DNA of 60,350 bases, filler included, from 4 parts of 4 records of this genome joined end to end with filler, not necessarily neighbours in it; one strand, 5' to 3'; shown: positions 10,873-20,523, counted from the first letter of the whole stretch. Numbers and translations are program-made. Notes: a model not told the origin generated them from the letters alone.

Positions 10873-12075
10873 ATGGGAACTCGGTATAAGTTATATAGAG
10901 GTTGTGAGTTTGCGTGCAGGTTTCGCCGTGCGATAACTGCTGTCTTTGTTCTTCTCTTCGTGCTGGCGATTTATATTTGTTCAGAAGCTTCCGGTCACAA
11001 TGATATCAATAAAATTTTGCGTGAATCTATTCGGGAATTGAAAATTCCCGGTGCTGTAATGATGGTGGAAACCCCGCAAGGGCAGGTATGGAATTATCGG
11101 GCAGGGGTGCGCAGAATCGGGAGCCGCAAGCCCATGGGCAATAATCTTAAATTCCGTATCGGCAGCATCACCAAGACTTTTGTGGCTTCAGTAATACTCA
11201 TGTTGGTGCATGAAGGCAAAATCAGCCTTGATACTGAAGTCTATAAATTATTACCGGGAGCAATTTCCGAGGATAATCATCTTACCATTCGTCATTTGTT
11301 GCAGATGCGCAGCTGTCTGGGGAATTTTACCGTTGATAAAGAGTTTTTGAGTTTGTTCAGGGAGAGGCCATGGATGCATTGGACCCCTGAACTTCTGTTG
11401 CAATTCGGAAGTACGGATCGTTGCAGGGTTGGCTTGGAATTTGAATATAATAATTCCAACTATGTGCTTTTGGGGCTGATTATCGAGAAGGTGACCGGGG
11501 ACAGTTTTGAAAATCAAGTATATCTGCGCATACTTAAACCATTGAATTTAAAATCCACAACATTCCCCGTGAAAAGTTCCAATATTTCTGAACCATTTGC
11601 TAATGGGCATGATTACAACCCGCAAACAGGGAAAATTAATGATCTTAGCCTGAAGATTAATCCCTCATGGGCATGGTGTTCCGGGAATGGGGTTTCAACG
11701 GCTTCGGATATGTTAAATTGGTTGAAGGCATATTTGAACGGATTCGGCATTAGTTCTGATCTGCAGTCTGAACAGATGGATTTCCGGCCAGTGACTTACG
11801 ATGGTATTTCTTACGGGCTTGGGGTTATGAATAAATATACTGCCGTAGGACACAACGGGAATTTTGCGGGGATTTATACTGCGCTGGCCTTCAAGTATAG
11901 AGGTTACTACTTTGTTATTCTGACCAATGGTCAGGCAGACGGAGGAGGGCGCAAAGCAACAGCGGAGTCCGTGTTCTGGCGAATCGTAGAAAGGTCGAAG
12001 ATTTTTAATCAAAAGCTGAAGCTGAATCCCAATCCAAGTCCCATTGCGCTGGGAGGAGCGTCTGGTCCGTCATGA
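10873..12075 (+). CDS. serine hydrolase, beta-lactamase/D-Ala-D-Ala carboxypeptidase family
   Basis: FRIGSITK (SxxK), FEYNNSNY (YxN), VGHNG; N-terminal hydrophobic segment. Start uncertain. Confidence 0.88.
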   Translation: MGTRYKLYRGCEFACRFRRAITAVFVLLFVLAIYICSEASGHNDINKILRESIRELKIPGAVMMVETPQGQVWNYRAGVRRIGSRKPMGNNLKFRIGSITKTFVASVILMLVHEGKISLDTEVYKLLPGAISEDNHLTIRHLLQMRSCLGNFTVDKEFLSLFRERPWMHWTPELLLQFGSTDRCRVGLEFEYNNSNYVLLGLIIEKVTGDSFENQVYLRILKPLNLKSTTFPVKSSNISEPFANGHDYNPQTGKINDLSLKINPSWAWCSGNGVSTASDMLNWLKAYLNGFGISSDLQSEQMDFRPVTYDGISYGLGVMNKYTAVGHNGNFAGIYTALAFKYRGYYFVILTNGQADGGGRKATAESVFWRIVERSKIFNQKLKLNPNPSPIALGGASGPS

Positions 12076-12299
12076 GCAGCTGTGGGCTGGCTGTCCAAAC
12101 CGAAAATCAGTCCTGTTTTCATGTCATCGGTTATATTCAGCCCGGTCACAAAGTCGGTGAATGAGAATTCTTGTTCCATACTTGAAACGGTTAGCTGTTC
12201 TTTTGTTTTTGATTCCTCAACATATCCAAAATCAGCAGCCAAAATATTGTTAGTACCGAAGAGCAGCAGTGCTGTTGTAATTACTATTGATTTCCACAT
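12009..12299 (-). CDS. small exported protein with C-terminal beta-signal-like strand
   Basis: RBS AAGGTGG, signal peptide (MWKSIVITTALLLFGTNNILA), ends GLGLGFSFSF. Confidence 0.65.
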   Translation of the reverse strand: MWKSIVITTALLLFGTNNILAADFGYVEESKTKEQLTVSSMEQEFSFTDFVTGLNITDDMKTGLIFGLDSQPTAAHDGPDAPPSAMGLGLGFSFSF

Positions 12300-12716
12300 T
12301 TTCCACCTTCCCTTTTACGTGCGGAAATTTTCTCCCCCCGTCGTAGGAAATAATACAAAATATGGACCAGTCTGTTGTAAGTTTAATAATTCAAGTGGAT
12401 GACTAGAATTCTCTTGAGTCTGTTTATGGGCAGCTAGGAAAAATAATCGATTTTTGGTTGTTTTGGCAGGTTGCGTGTGTGAGTGATTGTTTTTTCAAAT
12501 ACGAACCTATTTGGTTCGGCTATGAATTAATGGTTGATTTGATTGTATCTTTGTTTTCGAAAAAGGTCAGAAATGTCTCATTTGGTGCATGAGTTGACGT
12601 TAATAAGAAAATAATTCTAGTTTTTATAAAGTTTTTCTTCGCAAAATAAAAATGAGATTTCAAAATGTTACAGTTGTGTTACGATCTTTTCTCGTTATTC
12701 TATCGAGAAACCCCTA

Positions 12717-12744
12717 TTGACAATAACTTCAATCACTCTAAAGT
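12717..12744 (+). promoter_or_regulatory. putative sigma70 promoter for phoA-yibE/F
   Basis: TTGACA (12717-12722), 16 nt, TAAAGT (12739-12744). Confidence 0.55.
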
Positions 12745-12749
12745 GGCTT

Positions 12750-12976
12750 AAATTTCTTGCGAAAAGCAGAAAATTTGTGTTGTTGCTGTGGGTTTTGAAG
12801 GTCTCCTTATATAGGAGTCGGAGGATCATTAAAATGCGGGCTGATCCTGCCTGAACTTCGCAATTACCTATATGCAATGTTGAATTGTGACCTTCGTGGA
12901 TTTGCTGCGTGGAGTGATGCAGTGAATTATTGCGGAGGGAGCATTGCAGCTTCGTGCTGTTTTTTCAGCATGAGGC
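12750..12976 (+). ncRNA. candidate structured cis-regulatory leader RNA (family unassigned)
   Basis: Several nested helices visible by eye (see finding). It matches no riboswitch consensus I recognise. Confidence 0.45.
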
Positions 12977-12998
12977 ATAACTCTAAACGGTAAGGAAT

Positions 12999-14558
12999 GT
13001 GAAAATGTTTAGAAGGATTGTTCGCCCGTTGGTTCTGGCGGTCTGTTTGGCAATGGTTGCGGCTACCGCATTTGCAGGTGCGCCTAAGTATGTATTTTAC
13101 TTCATTGGTGATGGTCTTGGACCCACCCAGCGCATGGCAGCAGAACTGTACAACAAAATGGAAAAGAATGACGCTGAAGCTAAGCTGGTCATGAACACTT
13201 TTCCCCAGTCTGCACTGGTTACCACCTATTCTGACAACACCCTGATCACCGATTCTGCAGCAGGCGGAACCGCACTGGCATGTGGTTACAAAACCACCAA
13301 CGGTTACATCGGTAAACTTCCCGATGGTACCGACATCAAGTCCATTGCTGAAGCTGCTAGGGATAACGGATACGCTGTAGGTATTGTTACCTCCACCCGT
13401 CTTACTCATGCTACTCCTGCTTCTTTCTCTGCCCACAACCCCGATCGTAACGCAGCAAACGAAATTGCTATTGATCAGGCTAAATCCGATTTTGATTTCT
13501 TTGCAGGCGGCGGCTACCGTCACTTCGTTGCAAAGGACAATGCTCAGGGGCTGAAATCTAAGCGTAAAGATGACAAAGACGTTGTTAAAATGTTCGCAGA
13601 TAAAGGCTACAAGACTTTTGTTGGTGATACCACCCGCGATGCTTTCCGTGCTTACAAGCCTAAAAAAGGTGAAAAGGTTTTCGCAGCTCTGACATACAGC
13701 CACCTTCCCTACGAGGTTGAGCGTCGTAACAGCAAGCTTACCGAAAACAAGCTGCCTTCCCTTTGCGAACTGACTGAAAAAGCAGTTAAGTCTCTGGACG
13801 CTCAGGAGAAGCCTTTCTTCCTGATGGTTGAAGGCGGACGTATTGACCACGCAGCTCACGCTCATGATCCTAAGTCCACTATTCTAGATACTATCGCTAT
13901 GGATGAAGCTGTTAAAGTCGCATACGACTTTTACCAGAAGCACCCTGAAGAAACCTTGATCGTAACTGCTGCCGACCACGAAACCGGTGGTGTTGCTCTG
14001 GGTATCTCCATGGATTCCAAAGGTTATTTCCTCAACCTCAAGGAACTCGAAAAAGTTCACGTTTCCGCTGAAGATAACCTCGATAGATACTACAACAAGC
14101 TGTGTAAAAAAGAGTCTGATCTCAAAAAACGTCACGCTGCTTTCATCGATTACGCTGAAAAACAGTGGGGCCTGACTGATCGTACTCCTGCTGAAGATAA
14201 AATCCTTGCAGATGCAATGGATGTTCAGGATAAGAACCAGCACCTTCCTGCTGATAAGCAGACCAACTACGGTTACGCTTACACCCCGACCATGGTTGCT
14301 GTTACTGACCTGATCTCCCAGCGCGCACGTATATTCTGGACCTCTTTTGTTCACACCGGAACATTTATTCCTGCAACCTCTATCGGTGTAGGTGCTGAGA
14401 AGTTTAACGGCTTCATCGACAACACCGATATCCCCAATCGTATGGCTGAAGTCATGGAAGTTAAACTTTCTGACATCAAGCACACCGATTCCAAGGCCCT
14501 GCTGGGTAAAACCTACGGTCCTCAGGAAAAATACGCTAAGATTCCTTACAACAACTAA
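12999..14558 (+). CDS. phoA: alkaline phosphatase (PhoA family), exported
   Basis: FIGDGLG, TDSAAGGTA (catalytic Ser), THATPA, MVEGGRIDHAAH and TADHETG metal ligands; signal peptide. Start GTG 12999 or ATG 13005. Confidence 0.95.
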   Translation: MKMFRRIVRPLVLAVCLAMVAATAFAGAPKYVFYFIGDGLGPTQRMAAELYNKMEKNDAEAKLVMNTFPQSALVTTYSDNTLITDSAAGGTALACGYKTTNGYIGKLPDGTDIKSIAEAARDNGYAVGIVTSTRLTHATPASFSAHNPDRNAANEIAIDQAKSDFDFFAGGGYRHFVAKDNAQGLKSKRKDDKDVVKMFADKGYKTFVGDTTRDAFRAYKPKKGEKVFAALTYSHLPYEVERRNSKLTENKLPSLCELTEKAVKSLDAQEKPFFLMVEGGRIDHAAHAHDPKSTILDTIAMDEAVKVAYDFYQKHPEETLIVTAADHETGGVALGISMDSKGYFLNLKELEKVHVSAEDNLDRYYNKLCKKESDLKKRHAAFIDYAEKQWGLTDRTPAEDKILADAMDVQDKNQHLPADKQTNYGYAYTPTMVAVTDLISQRARIFWTSFVHTGTFIPATSIGVGAEKFNGFIDNTDIPNRMAEVMEVKLSDIKHTDSKALLGKTYGPQEKYAKIPYNN

Positions 14559-14587
14559 TCATATTAGTTGATAGAATCAGTTCTGAT

Positions 14588-14616
14588 AAGGTCCCCGCTT
14601 GTGCGGGGGCCTTTTT
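14588..14616 (+). terminator. terminator-like hairpin between phoA and yibE/F
   Basis: AAGGTCCCCGC-ttgt-GCGGGGGCCTT plus TTTTT. Confidence 0.7.
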
Positions 14617-14634
14617 CCATATTATGAGGTTGCC

Positions 14635-15765
14635 ATGAAAAGGTTTATATCCCCGATATTTTTTATCCTGATGATCATCGGAATTATCGGACTTTTGAAA
14701 TATGAGCATGTCGGCCCTGATGCTTATTCAGGAATGCATGAGTTACGAGCCACTGTCACCGGTGTGGACAATTCCGCATTGGTGGAGATGGGAACGGCTC
14801 GTATCGGCGGTCAGCACGTAACTGCAATTTTAATGGAAGGGGAAGTCAAAGGGCAAACCGTTATCGGTGTCAACCAATTAACTGGTCAGCCTGAGATGGA
14901 TGAAATTTTTCATCCCGGAGATACGATCCTTATGGCGGTGCGTATTAACGACGGAAAAGCCGTGGAAGCCCGTGCCGTTAACCAGTATCGACAGGGTTGG
15001 GAGTTGGCCCTGTTCGGTTTGTTTGTGATCATCTTGTTGATTTATGCCCGTTCAATCGGCCTTAAAGCACTGTTTAGCTTTATTACCAGTTTTTACATTA
15101 TCTGGAAATTTTTCATTCCCGGGTTACTTAGCGGCGGCAGTCCAATCCTGTTGACCGTAGTCACCCTAACTTTGCTCACTGTGGTGATTATTACCTGCGT
15201 TGCGGGATTGTCTCGGGTCACTGTGGTGGCTATTTTGGGGACTCTAAGTGGTTTATTGCTGGCTTTGGCTCTGACTCTCTTCTTTGGGGCAAAACTCAAG
15301 ATGGCGGGCATGACAGCGCCATTTGCCACTATGTTGATCTTTTCCGGTCATTACACACTGGATCTACTGGATATTTTTTATGCTTCAGTCATTCTTGGCG
15401 CATCCGGTGCGGCCATGGATATTGCTATGGATGTTGCTGCTTCCATGAATGAAGTGCTGGATAAAAAGCCGGATATTACCCGTAACGAATTAATTAAGTC
15501 CGGATTCAACGTGGGGCGTATGGTTACCGGAACCATGACCACGACCTTGCTGCTGGCCTATTCGGGCGGTTACCTGACAATGCTTATGCTTTTTGTGACA
15601 AAGGGAACATCCTTTACCCGCATGCTCAACTTTAAGCTGGTGGCGGCAGAGATTTTCCGAACGCTGGTGGGAAGTGTCGGGTTGGTGCTGGTAGCACCGA
15701 TCACGGCAATACTGGCAGGTTTTATATTGTGTGGATTTAAGGAAATAAAAAAAGCCTCAAATTAA
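14635..15765 (+). CDS. YibE/F family membrane protein
   Basis: GAAMDIAMDVAASM, SGFNVGRMVTGTMTTTLLLAYSG and EIFRTLVGSVGLVLVAPITA motifs; GAGG RBS before ATG 14635. Confidence 0.88.
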   Translation: MKRFISPIFFILMIIGIIGLLKYEHVGPDAYSGMHELRATVTGVDNSALVEMGTARIGGQHVTAILMEGEVKGQTVIGVNQLTGQPEMDEIFHPGDTILMAVRINDGKAVEARAVNQYRQGWELALFGLFVIILLIYARSIGLKALFSFITSFYIIWKFFIPGLLSGGSPILLTVVTLTLLTVVIITCVAGLSRVTVVAILGTLSGLLLALALTLFFGAKLKMAGMTAPFATMLIFSGHYTLDLLDIFYASVILGASGAAMDIAMDVAASMNEVLDKKPDITRNELIKSGFNVGRMVTGTMTTTLLLAYSGGYLTMLMLFVTKGTSFTRMLNFKLVAAEIFRTLVGSVGLVLVAPITAILAGFILCGFKEIKKASN

Positions 15766-15799
15766 AAAAGTCCCGGACAGAAATTGTCCGGGACTTTTT
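15764..15799. terminator. bidirectional intrinsic terminator
   Basis: AAAAAAGTCCCGGACA-gaaat-TGTCCGGGACTTTTT between convergent genes. Confidence 0.9.
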
Positions 15800-15821
15800 G
15801 TTTTAACTAGAATTTAATTTT

Positions 15822-17138
15822 TTATTTCAACTTGCTGGTGATGTTGTTCTTGATCCAGCGTCCGTCCCACCATTCGACGGGGTTAACCGGAATACCGGCG
15901 CAGATGACACCGTAATGCAGGTGGTCTCCTCCTGCCATGCCTGTGGCTCCGGTTTTACCGATGATCTGGCCTTTTGCGACCATGTCGCCGGGTTCTACAT
16001 CAATCTGGCTTAGGTGGGAGTAGAGGGTCTGCAGTCCCAGTCCGTGGTCAATTATAACCGCATTGCCGTATATGCCGAAATCAGATTCAGCAAGCACTAC
16101 GCGGCCGTTGTTTGCTGCGGGAATGGGAGCTTGGCGGGTGCTGGCTAGATCGATACCCAGATGGGTTTGTTTGTCGATGACCTTTCCAGCGTAATAGTAA
16201 CTGCGTTTGTCACCGAATCCGGCACGCGATGCTGCATTGGGCAGTCTCTTGAATTTTCCTTCGAACAGGAAAGTCGGTGATGTTTCCTGCGCAACACGAT
16301 GAAGTTCCGCACGGTTTTTTTTACGCAGTTCGCGGTTAACCTTCAGAAAAAGCTGAACTTGACTGGGTAGGCCGGGGAAATCACCTTCAAACTGAGGCAT
16401 CTTAGTATTCAGGAATCGGTCGGAAATGTTGATTCGGTCATGGCGGTAGGTCTTACCGTTGGCATGATACCAGAAAGAACCTTTACGTACATTACCTGCT
16501 GCATCTTCAGCGATGAGCACCGGATTGAAATCTTTTTTAGGGGTGTAGTAGGGCATTGCGAAAAGACAGGCATAGGTGCCGTCCGGCTGTTTATGGGCCG
16601 GGAAGAAATCTTTGTTTACTTGTACACCTGTTTTTGCCGGAGTTTCATTGACTTTGTAGATTAGCAGTCCGCAGCCGCCCTGATTGAAGTTGTGGGTGGT
16701 GGACTGGACGGTGATTTTAGGAGCAATGGTATCCAGAGTGTAATTACCTCTGGCGATGACAGCATTACCGCTGCCGAATCCGGCAAGAGAAGTGTCTACA
16801 GCCCAGACTGCCAGTTCAAACGGGCCTTCCTTGATTTGTTTTTTCTTGATCAGAATATCTTCATTGTAATCGAAGCTTCCTTTGGGAAGATTTTTTTCAG
16901 TGAGAGTCAGTTTTTTTTCGCCTTGAGAAAGTACGATTTTGACCGCTTTAAGTCCGGATTGAGTGTCGCTGATATTTACATTGATAGGAGTTTCGTAGGT
17001 GACGAATCCCTTATTGGGTGTCAAAGCAGCCTGAGGAGCAGTGGTGTCTTTGTAGAGCAGGTATGCCCCGGTGCCGATCACAGCGACAAGAATTATCAGT
17101 AGGAGAATTTGTCCGAGACGACTTTTTTTCTTAGCCAT
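15822..17138 (-). CDS. M23 family metallopeptidase, membrane anchored
   Basis: N-terminal TM; HLGID (HxxxD), YSHL and DHLHY (HxH) motifs. Confidence 0.92.
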   Translation of the reverse strand: MAKKKSRLGQILLLIILVAVIGTGAYLLYKDTTAPQAALTPNKGFVTYETPINVNISDTQSGLKAVKIVLSQGEKKLTLTEKNLPKGSFDYNEDILIKKKQIKEGPFELAVWAVDTSLAGFGSGNAVIARGNYTLDTIAPKITVQSTTHNFNQGGCGLLIYKVNETPAKTGVQVNKDFFPAHKQPDGTYACLFAMPYYTPKKDFNPVLIAEDAAGNVRKGSFWYHANGKTYRHDRINISDRFLNTKMPQFEGDFPGLPSQVQLFLKVNRELRKKNRAELHRVAQETSPTFLFEGKFKRLPNAASRAGFGDKRSYYYAGKVIDKQTHLGIDLASTRQAPIPAANNGRVVLAESDFGIYGNAVIIDHGLGLQTLYSHLSQIDVEPGDMVAKGQIIGKTGATGMAGGDHLHYGVICAGIPVNPVEWWDGRWIKNNITSKLK

Positions 17139-17425
17139 TACATATCCTTAAAATTTGTTTGAATCGTTTGCGTCGTACATCGTTTGTACTCGCAACGACA
17201 TTAAACATAAACGGCCGTAAGGTTCAACACACAACATTGTCAAAAAAGAAACTATCTATATGTGGTATTTGTTGTGTCTATGCATGTATCAATTTTGTAT
17301 CAGATATTGTTGACGAAAAATGCTGGAGTGTGTATTTGAATTTGAAAAATATCGTCGCCGTGGCGGTTTTTTTTACTTAGTAAGGACAGTGCCTTACTAC
17401 GCCGGCAACCACCAAGGAGGTAGGG

Positions 17426-18373
17426 ATGAGTTTGACCAGGCGAGATTTCGTGAAAATGTGCACAGGAACTGTGGCTGGCTTTGGGATTTCCCAGATGTTC
17501 AACCCCAGTGTAGTGCATGCGCTGAAGAAGTTTGTACCGAATGTTTTCTGGCTGCAGGGACAGGGCTGCACCGGATGTTCGGTTTCCATTCTTAACTCAG
17601 TGCATCCCTCTATCGCAGAGGTTCTTCTTGATGTAATTAACCTTGATTATCACCCGACCATTATGGGTTCCGAAGGCCACGAAGCCTGGGATTTCATGAT
17701 GAGTCAGGCCGAAGCTAATAAGGGCAAGTACATCGTTATCGTTGAAGGTTCCGTTCCCACAGCTGAGAACGGCCACTACTGTATCGTTGGTGCAGGTGCA
17801 GACCACAAAGAATACACCATGACTGAAGCCACTCTCGAGATGGCTAAAAATGCTGCTGTGGTTGTAAACGTTGGTACCTGTGCTGCATACGGCGGTATTC
17901 CCGCTGCTGAAGGAAACCTTACCGGCTCCATGTCTGTAACCAATTTCCTCGCAGAAAACGGCGTGAAGACTCCCGTTGTTAACATTCCGGGTTGTCCTCC
18001 CCATCCTGACTGGATGGTCGGCACCCTCGTTGTCGCTATCAATGCCATTGAAGAAAAAGGATTGCAGGGCGGTCTGGCCGATGTCGTCTCCATTCTTGAC
18101 GAAAACGGTCGTCCTACACCTTTCTTCGGTGAAAACATCCATGACAACTGCCCCTATCTTGAGGCGTTCGACAACGATGAATATGCTGAAATCTTCACCG
18201 ATCCTGTTAAATGCCGTTACGAGCTGGGCTGTAAAGGTCCCAATGCCAACTCCGATTGCTTCAAACGCAAGTGGAACGGCGGCGTTAACTGGTGTGTTGA
18301 AAACTCAGTATGTATTGGCTGTGTAGAACCGGGATTCCCGGATGAAATGTCCCCCTTCTACGAAGCCGGTTAA
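17426..18373 (+). CDS. hysB: [NiFeSe] hydrogenase small subunit (Tat-exported)
   Basis: Tat motif SLTRRDFVK; CTGC, GTCA, IPGCPP, HDNC and CIGC Fe-S ligands; adjacent to the Sec-containing large subunit. Confidence 0.95.
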   Translation: MSLTRRDFVKMCTGTVAGFGISQMFNPSVVHALKKFVPNVFWLQGQGCTGCSVSILNSVHPSIAEVLLDVINLDYHPTIMGSEGHEAWDFMMSQAEANKGKYIVIVEGSVPTAENGHYCIVGAGADHKEYTMTEATLEMAKNAAVVVNVGTCAAYGGIPAAEGNLTGSMSVTNFLAENGVKTPVVNIPGCPPHPDWMVGTLVVAINAIEEKGLQGGLADVVSILDENGRPTPFFGENIHDNCPYLEAFDNDEYAEIFTDPVKCRYELGCKGPNANSDCFKRKWNGGVNWCVENSVCIGCVEPGFPDEMSPFYEAG

Positions 18374-18396
18374 CCGGAAAAGGAGTATAAATCCTT

Positions 18397-19935
18397 ATGT
18401 CTTCAAAATCTCATGCACCCGCCGGTAAAGACGGGAAAATTAAGATTGCCATTGATCCGGTAACCCGAATCGAAGGTCACCTCAAGGCTGAGGTCGTAGT
18501 TAAAGACGGTAAAGTAACTGATGCATGGCTCTCCGGCGGCATGTACCGCGGTTTCGAGAACATCCTTGTCGGACGTGATCCCCGCGATGCGGCTCAGCTG
18601 ACCCAGCGTCTGTGCGGTGTTTGCCCCACAGCTCACTCTACTGCTTCTACCCGCGCTCTTGATGATGCTTTTGGCGTTAAGCTGACCACTAACGGTCGCG
18701 TAACCAAAAACCTCATTTTCGGTGCTAACTACCTGCAGTCTCACATTCTGCATTTCTATCATCTTGCAGCTCTGGACTTCGTACGCGGTCCCGGCAAAGC
18801 TCCCTTTGTCCCCCGTTTCGAACATCCCGACCTGCGTCTTGATGAAAAAACTAACAAGGTAGCTGTTGACCAGTACGTTAAGGCTCTTGAAATCCGCCGT
18901 ATCTGCCACGAAATGGTAGCTCTGTTCGGTGGTAAAATGCCTCACGTTTCCGGTCAGGTCGTTGGTGGCGCAACTGAAATTCCGACCAAAGAAAAGCTTG
19001 CTGAATACGCAAGCCGTTTCAAGCAGGTCCAGAAATTCATTGAAGAAACCTACGTTCCTACTGTTTACCTTATCGGTTCCGTCTACAAAGATCTGTTCAA
19101 GATCGGTGGCGGTTACAAAAACGCAATGGCTTACGGCGTATTCCCCATGGATGATGCTGAGTCTGAATTCCTGCTCAAGCCCGGTGTTTACATCGACGGC
19201 AAAGACGAAGGTTTCGACCAGAAACTCATCAAAGAATACACTAAGTACGCATGGTACACTGATGAGTGTTCCGATCTGCATCCCAGTGAAGGTAAAACCA
19301 TCCCGGATGTACACAAGAAGGACGCTTACAGCTTCTGTAAGGCTTCCCGCTACAACGGCAAAGCTGTTGAAGTTGGTCCCCTTGCACGTATGTGGGTTCA
19401 TAACCCCGAGCTCAGCCCCATGGGTAAAAAACAGCTCAAGGATCTCTTCGGCATCGAAGCCAAGATGTTCCGCGATCTGGGCGAAGACATGGCATTCTCC
19501 CTTATGGGCCGCCACGTTGCACGTGCAGAAGAAGCTTACATGGTTGCAAACGCAATCCAGGATGCATGGCTCAAAGAAGTTCAGCCGGGCGAAGAAACCT
19601 ACGTCAAGACTGAAATTCCTGAGTCCGCAGAAGGTCTCGGTCTTACCGAAGCACCCCGCGGTTCCCTGTTGCACTACATCAACATCAAGGATTCCGTAAC
19701 TGCGAACTACCAGATGATCCCCGCGACTCTCTGGAACAGCACCCCTCGTGATGACAAAGGTCATCGTGGTACCATCGAGGAAGCCCTCGTAGGTACCCCG
19801 GTTCCTGATCCGAAGAACCCCGTTGACATCTCAAGGATCATTCGATCCTTTGACCCGTGACTGGGTTGTGCTGTGCACGTGCTGCACGCAGAGACCGGTG
19901 AAGAGCATGTTGTTCACGTAGGCGAAGGCTGCTAA
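18397..19935 (+). CDS. hysA: [NiFeSe] hydrogenase large subunit; UGA 19858-19860 encodes selenocysteine
   Basis: DPVTRIEGH and RLCGVC L1 motif. Read through TGA the frame gives FDP-U-LGCAVH-VLHAETGEEHVVHVGEGC-TAA(19933-19935), i.e. the L2 motif DPUxxCxxH plus a cleavable extension. Confidence 0.97.
19869..19890 (+). promoter_or_regulatory. bacterial SECIS hairpin of hysA
   Basis: TGC-(T bulge)-GTGCA-cgtgc-TGCAC-GCA; loop starts 17 nt after the UGA and has G in its second position. Confidence 0.7.
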
Positions 19936-19958
19936 CGTAACGACGTTTCACTGAATAT

Positions 19959-19995
19959 AAACTCCCGGTCGCAGGGTTCCTGTGTCCGGGAGTTT
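19959..19995 (+). terminator. intercistronic hairpin between hysA and hysD
   Basis: AAACTCCCGG...CCGGGAGTTT with inner GCAGG/CCTGT pairing and a short T tail. Confidence 0.6.
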
Positions 19996-20014
19996 CCCTT
20001 TCAAAGGATACAAA

Positions 20015-20488
20015 ATGAAGAAATTGTTGGTACTTGGGATTGGTAACATCCTCCTTGGCGATGAGGGCGTCGGGGTGCATGCTGTAGAAGAACTGAAGAA
20101 AGAAGAATGGCCCGAATTCGTTCATCTTGTGGACGGCGGCACATTCACCCACGATATTTTTCATATTCTGGAAGGCTATGACGGCCTGCTGGTGCTGGAC
20201 ATCGTTCATGGCGGGAAGGATGGCGGTACCGTTTATTATCTTGAGGAAAAAGACATCATAGATAATGAAAAGCAGCGTTTGTCCCTGCACGATATTGATC
20301 TGGTTGATTCATTGAATATGGCCGGAGCTGTCGGCAAGCGTCCGGAAATGCGCATCTTGGGCATGGAGCCTGAGAACTACACTGACTGGTCCATGGAAAT
20401 GACCGATACCTGCAAAGCAGTATTCCCCGGTTATGTGGAACGGGCGCGTACTGAGATCAAGCGTTTTATTGAGGAGTTTGGTCAGTAG
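20015..20488 (+). CDS. hysD: hydrogenase maturation endopeptidase
   Basis: VLGIGNILLGDEGVG, LVDGGT, LSLHD; AAGGA RBS before ATG 20015. Confidence 0.9.
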   Translation: MKKLLVLGIGNILLGDEGVGVHAVEELKKEEWPEFVHLVDGGTFTHDIFHILEGYDGLLVLDIVHGGKDGGTVYYLEEKDIIDNEKQRLSLHDIDLVDSLNMAGAVGKRPEMRILGMEPENYTDWSMEMTDTCKAVFPGYVERARTEIKRFIEEFGQ

Positions 20489-20523
20489 GGCATTTAGTTT
20501 TTGGTTGGATTATAGATTTTGTT

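Noticed and set aside
12797..12895. Assignment of the phoA leader as a cobalamin or M-box riboswitch
   Set aside because: Lacks the GGGAA/B12-box and M-box core sequences; kept only as an unassigned candidate.
17447..17465. Rex-like TCGTGAAAATGTGCACAG
   Set aside because: Lies inside hysB coding sequence with three mismatches and is explained by the Tat signal codons.
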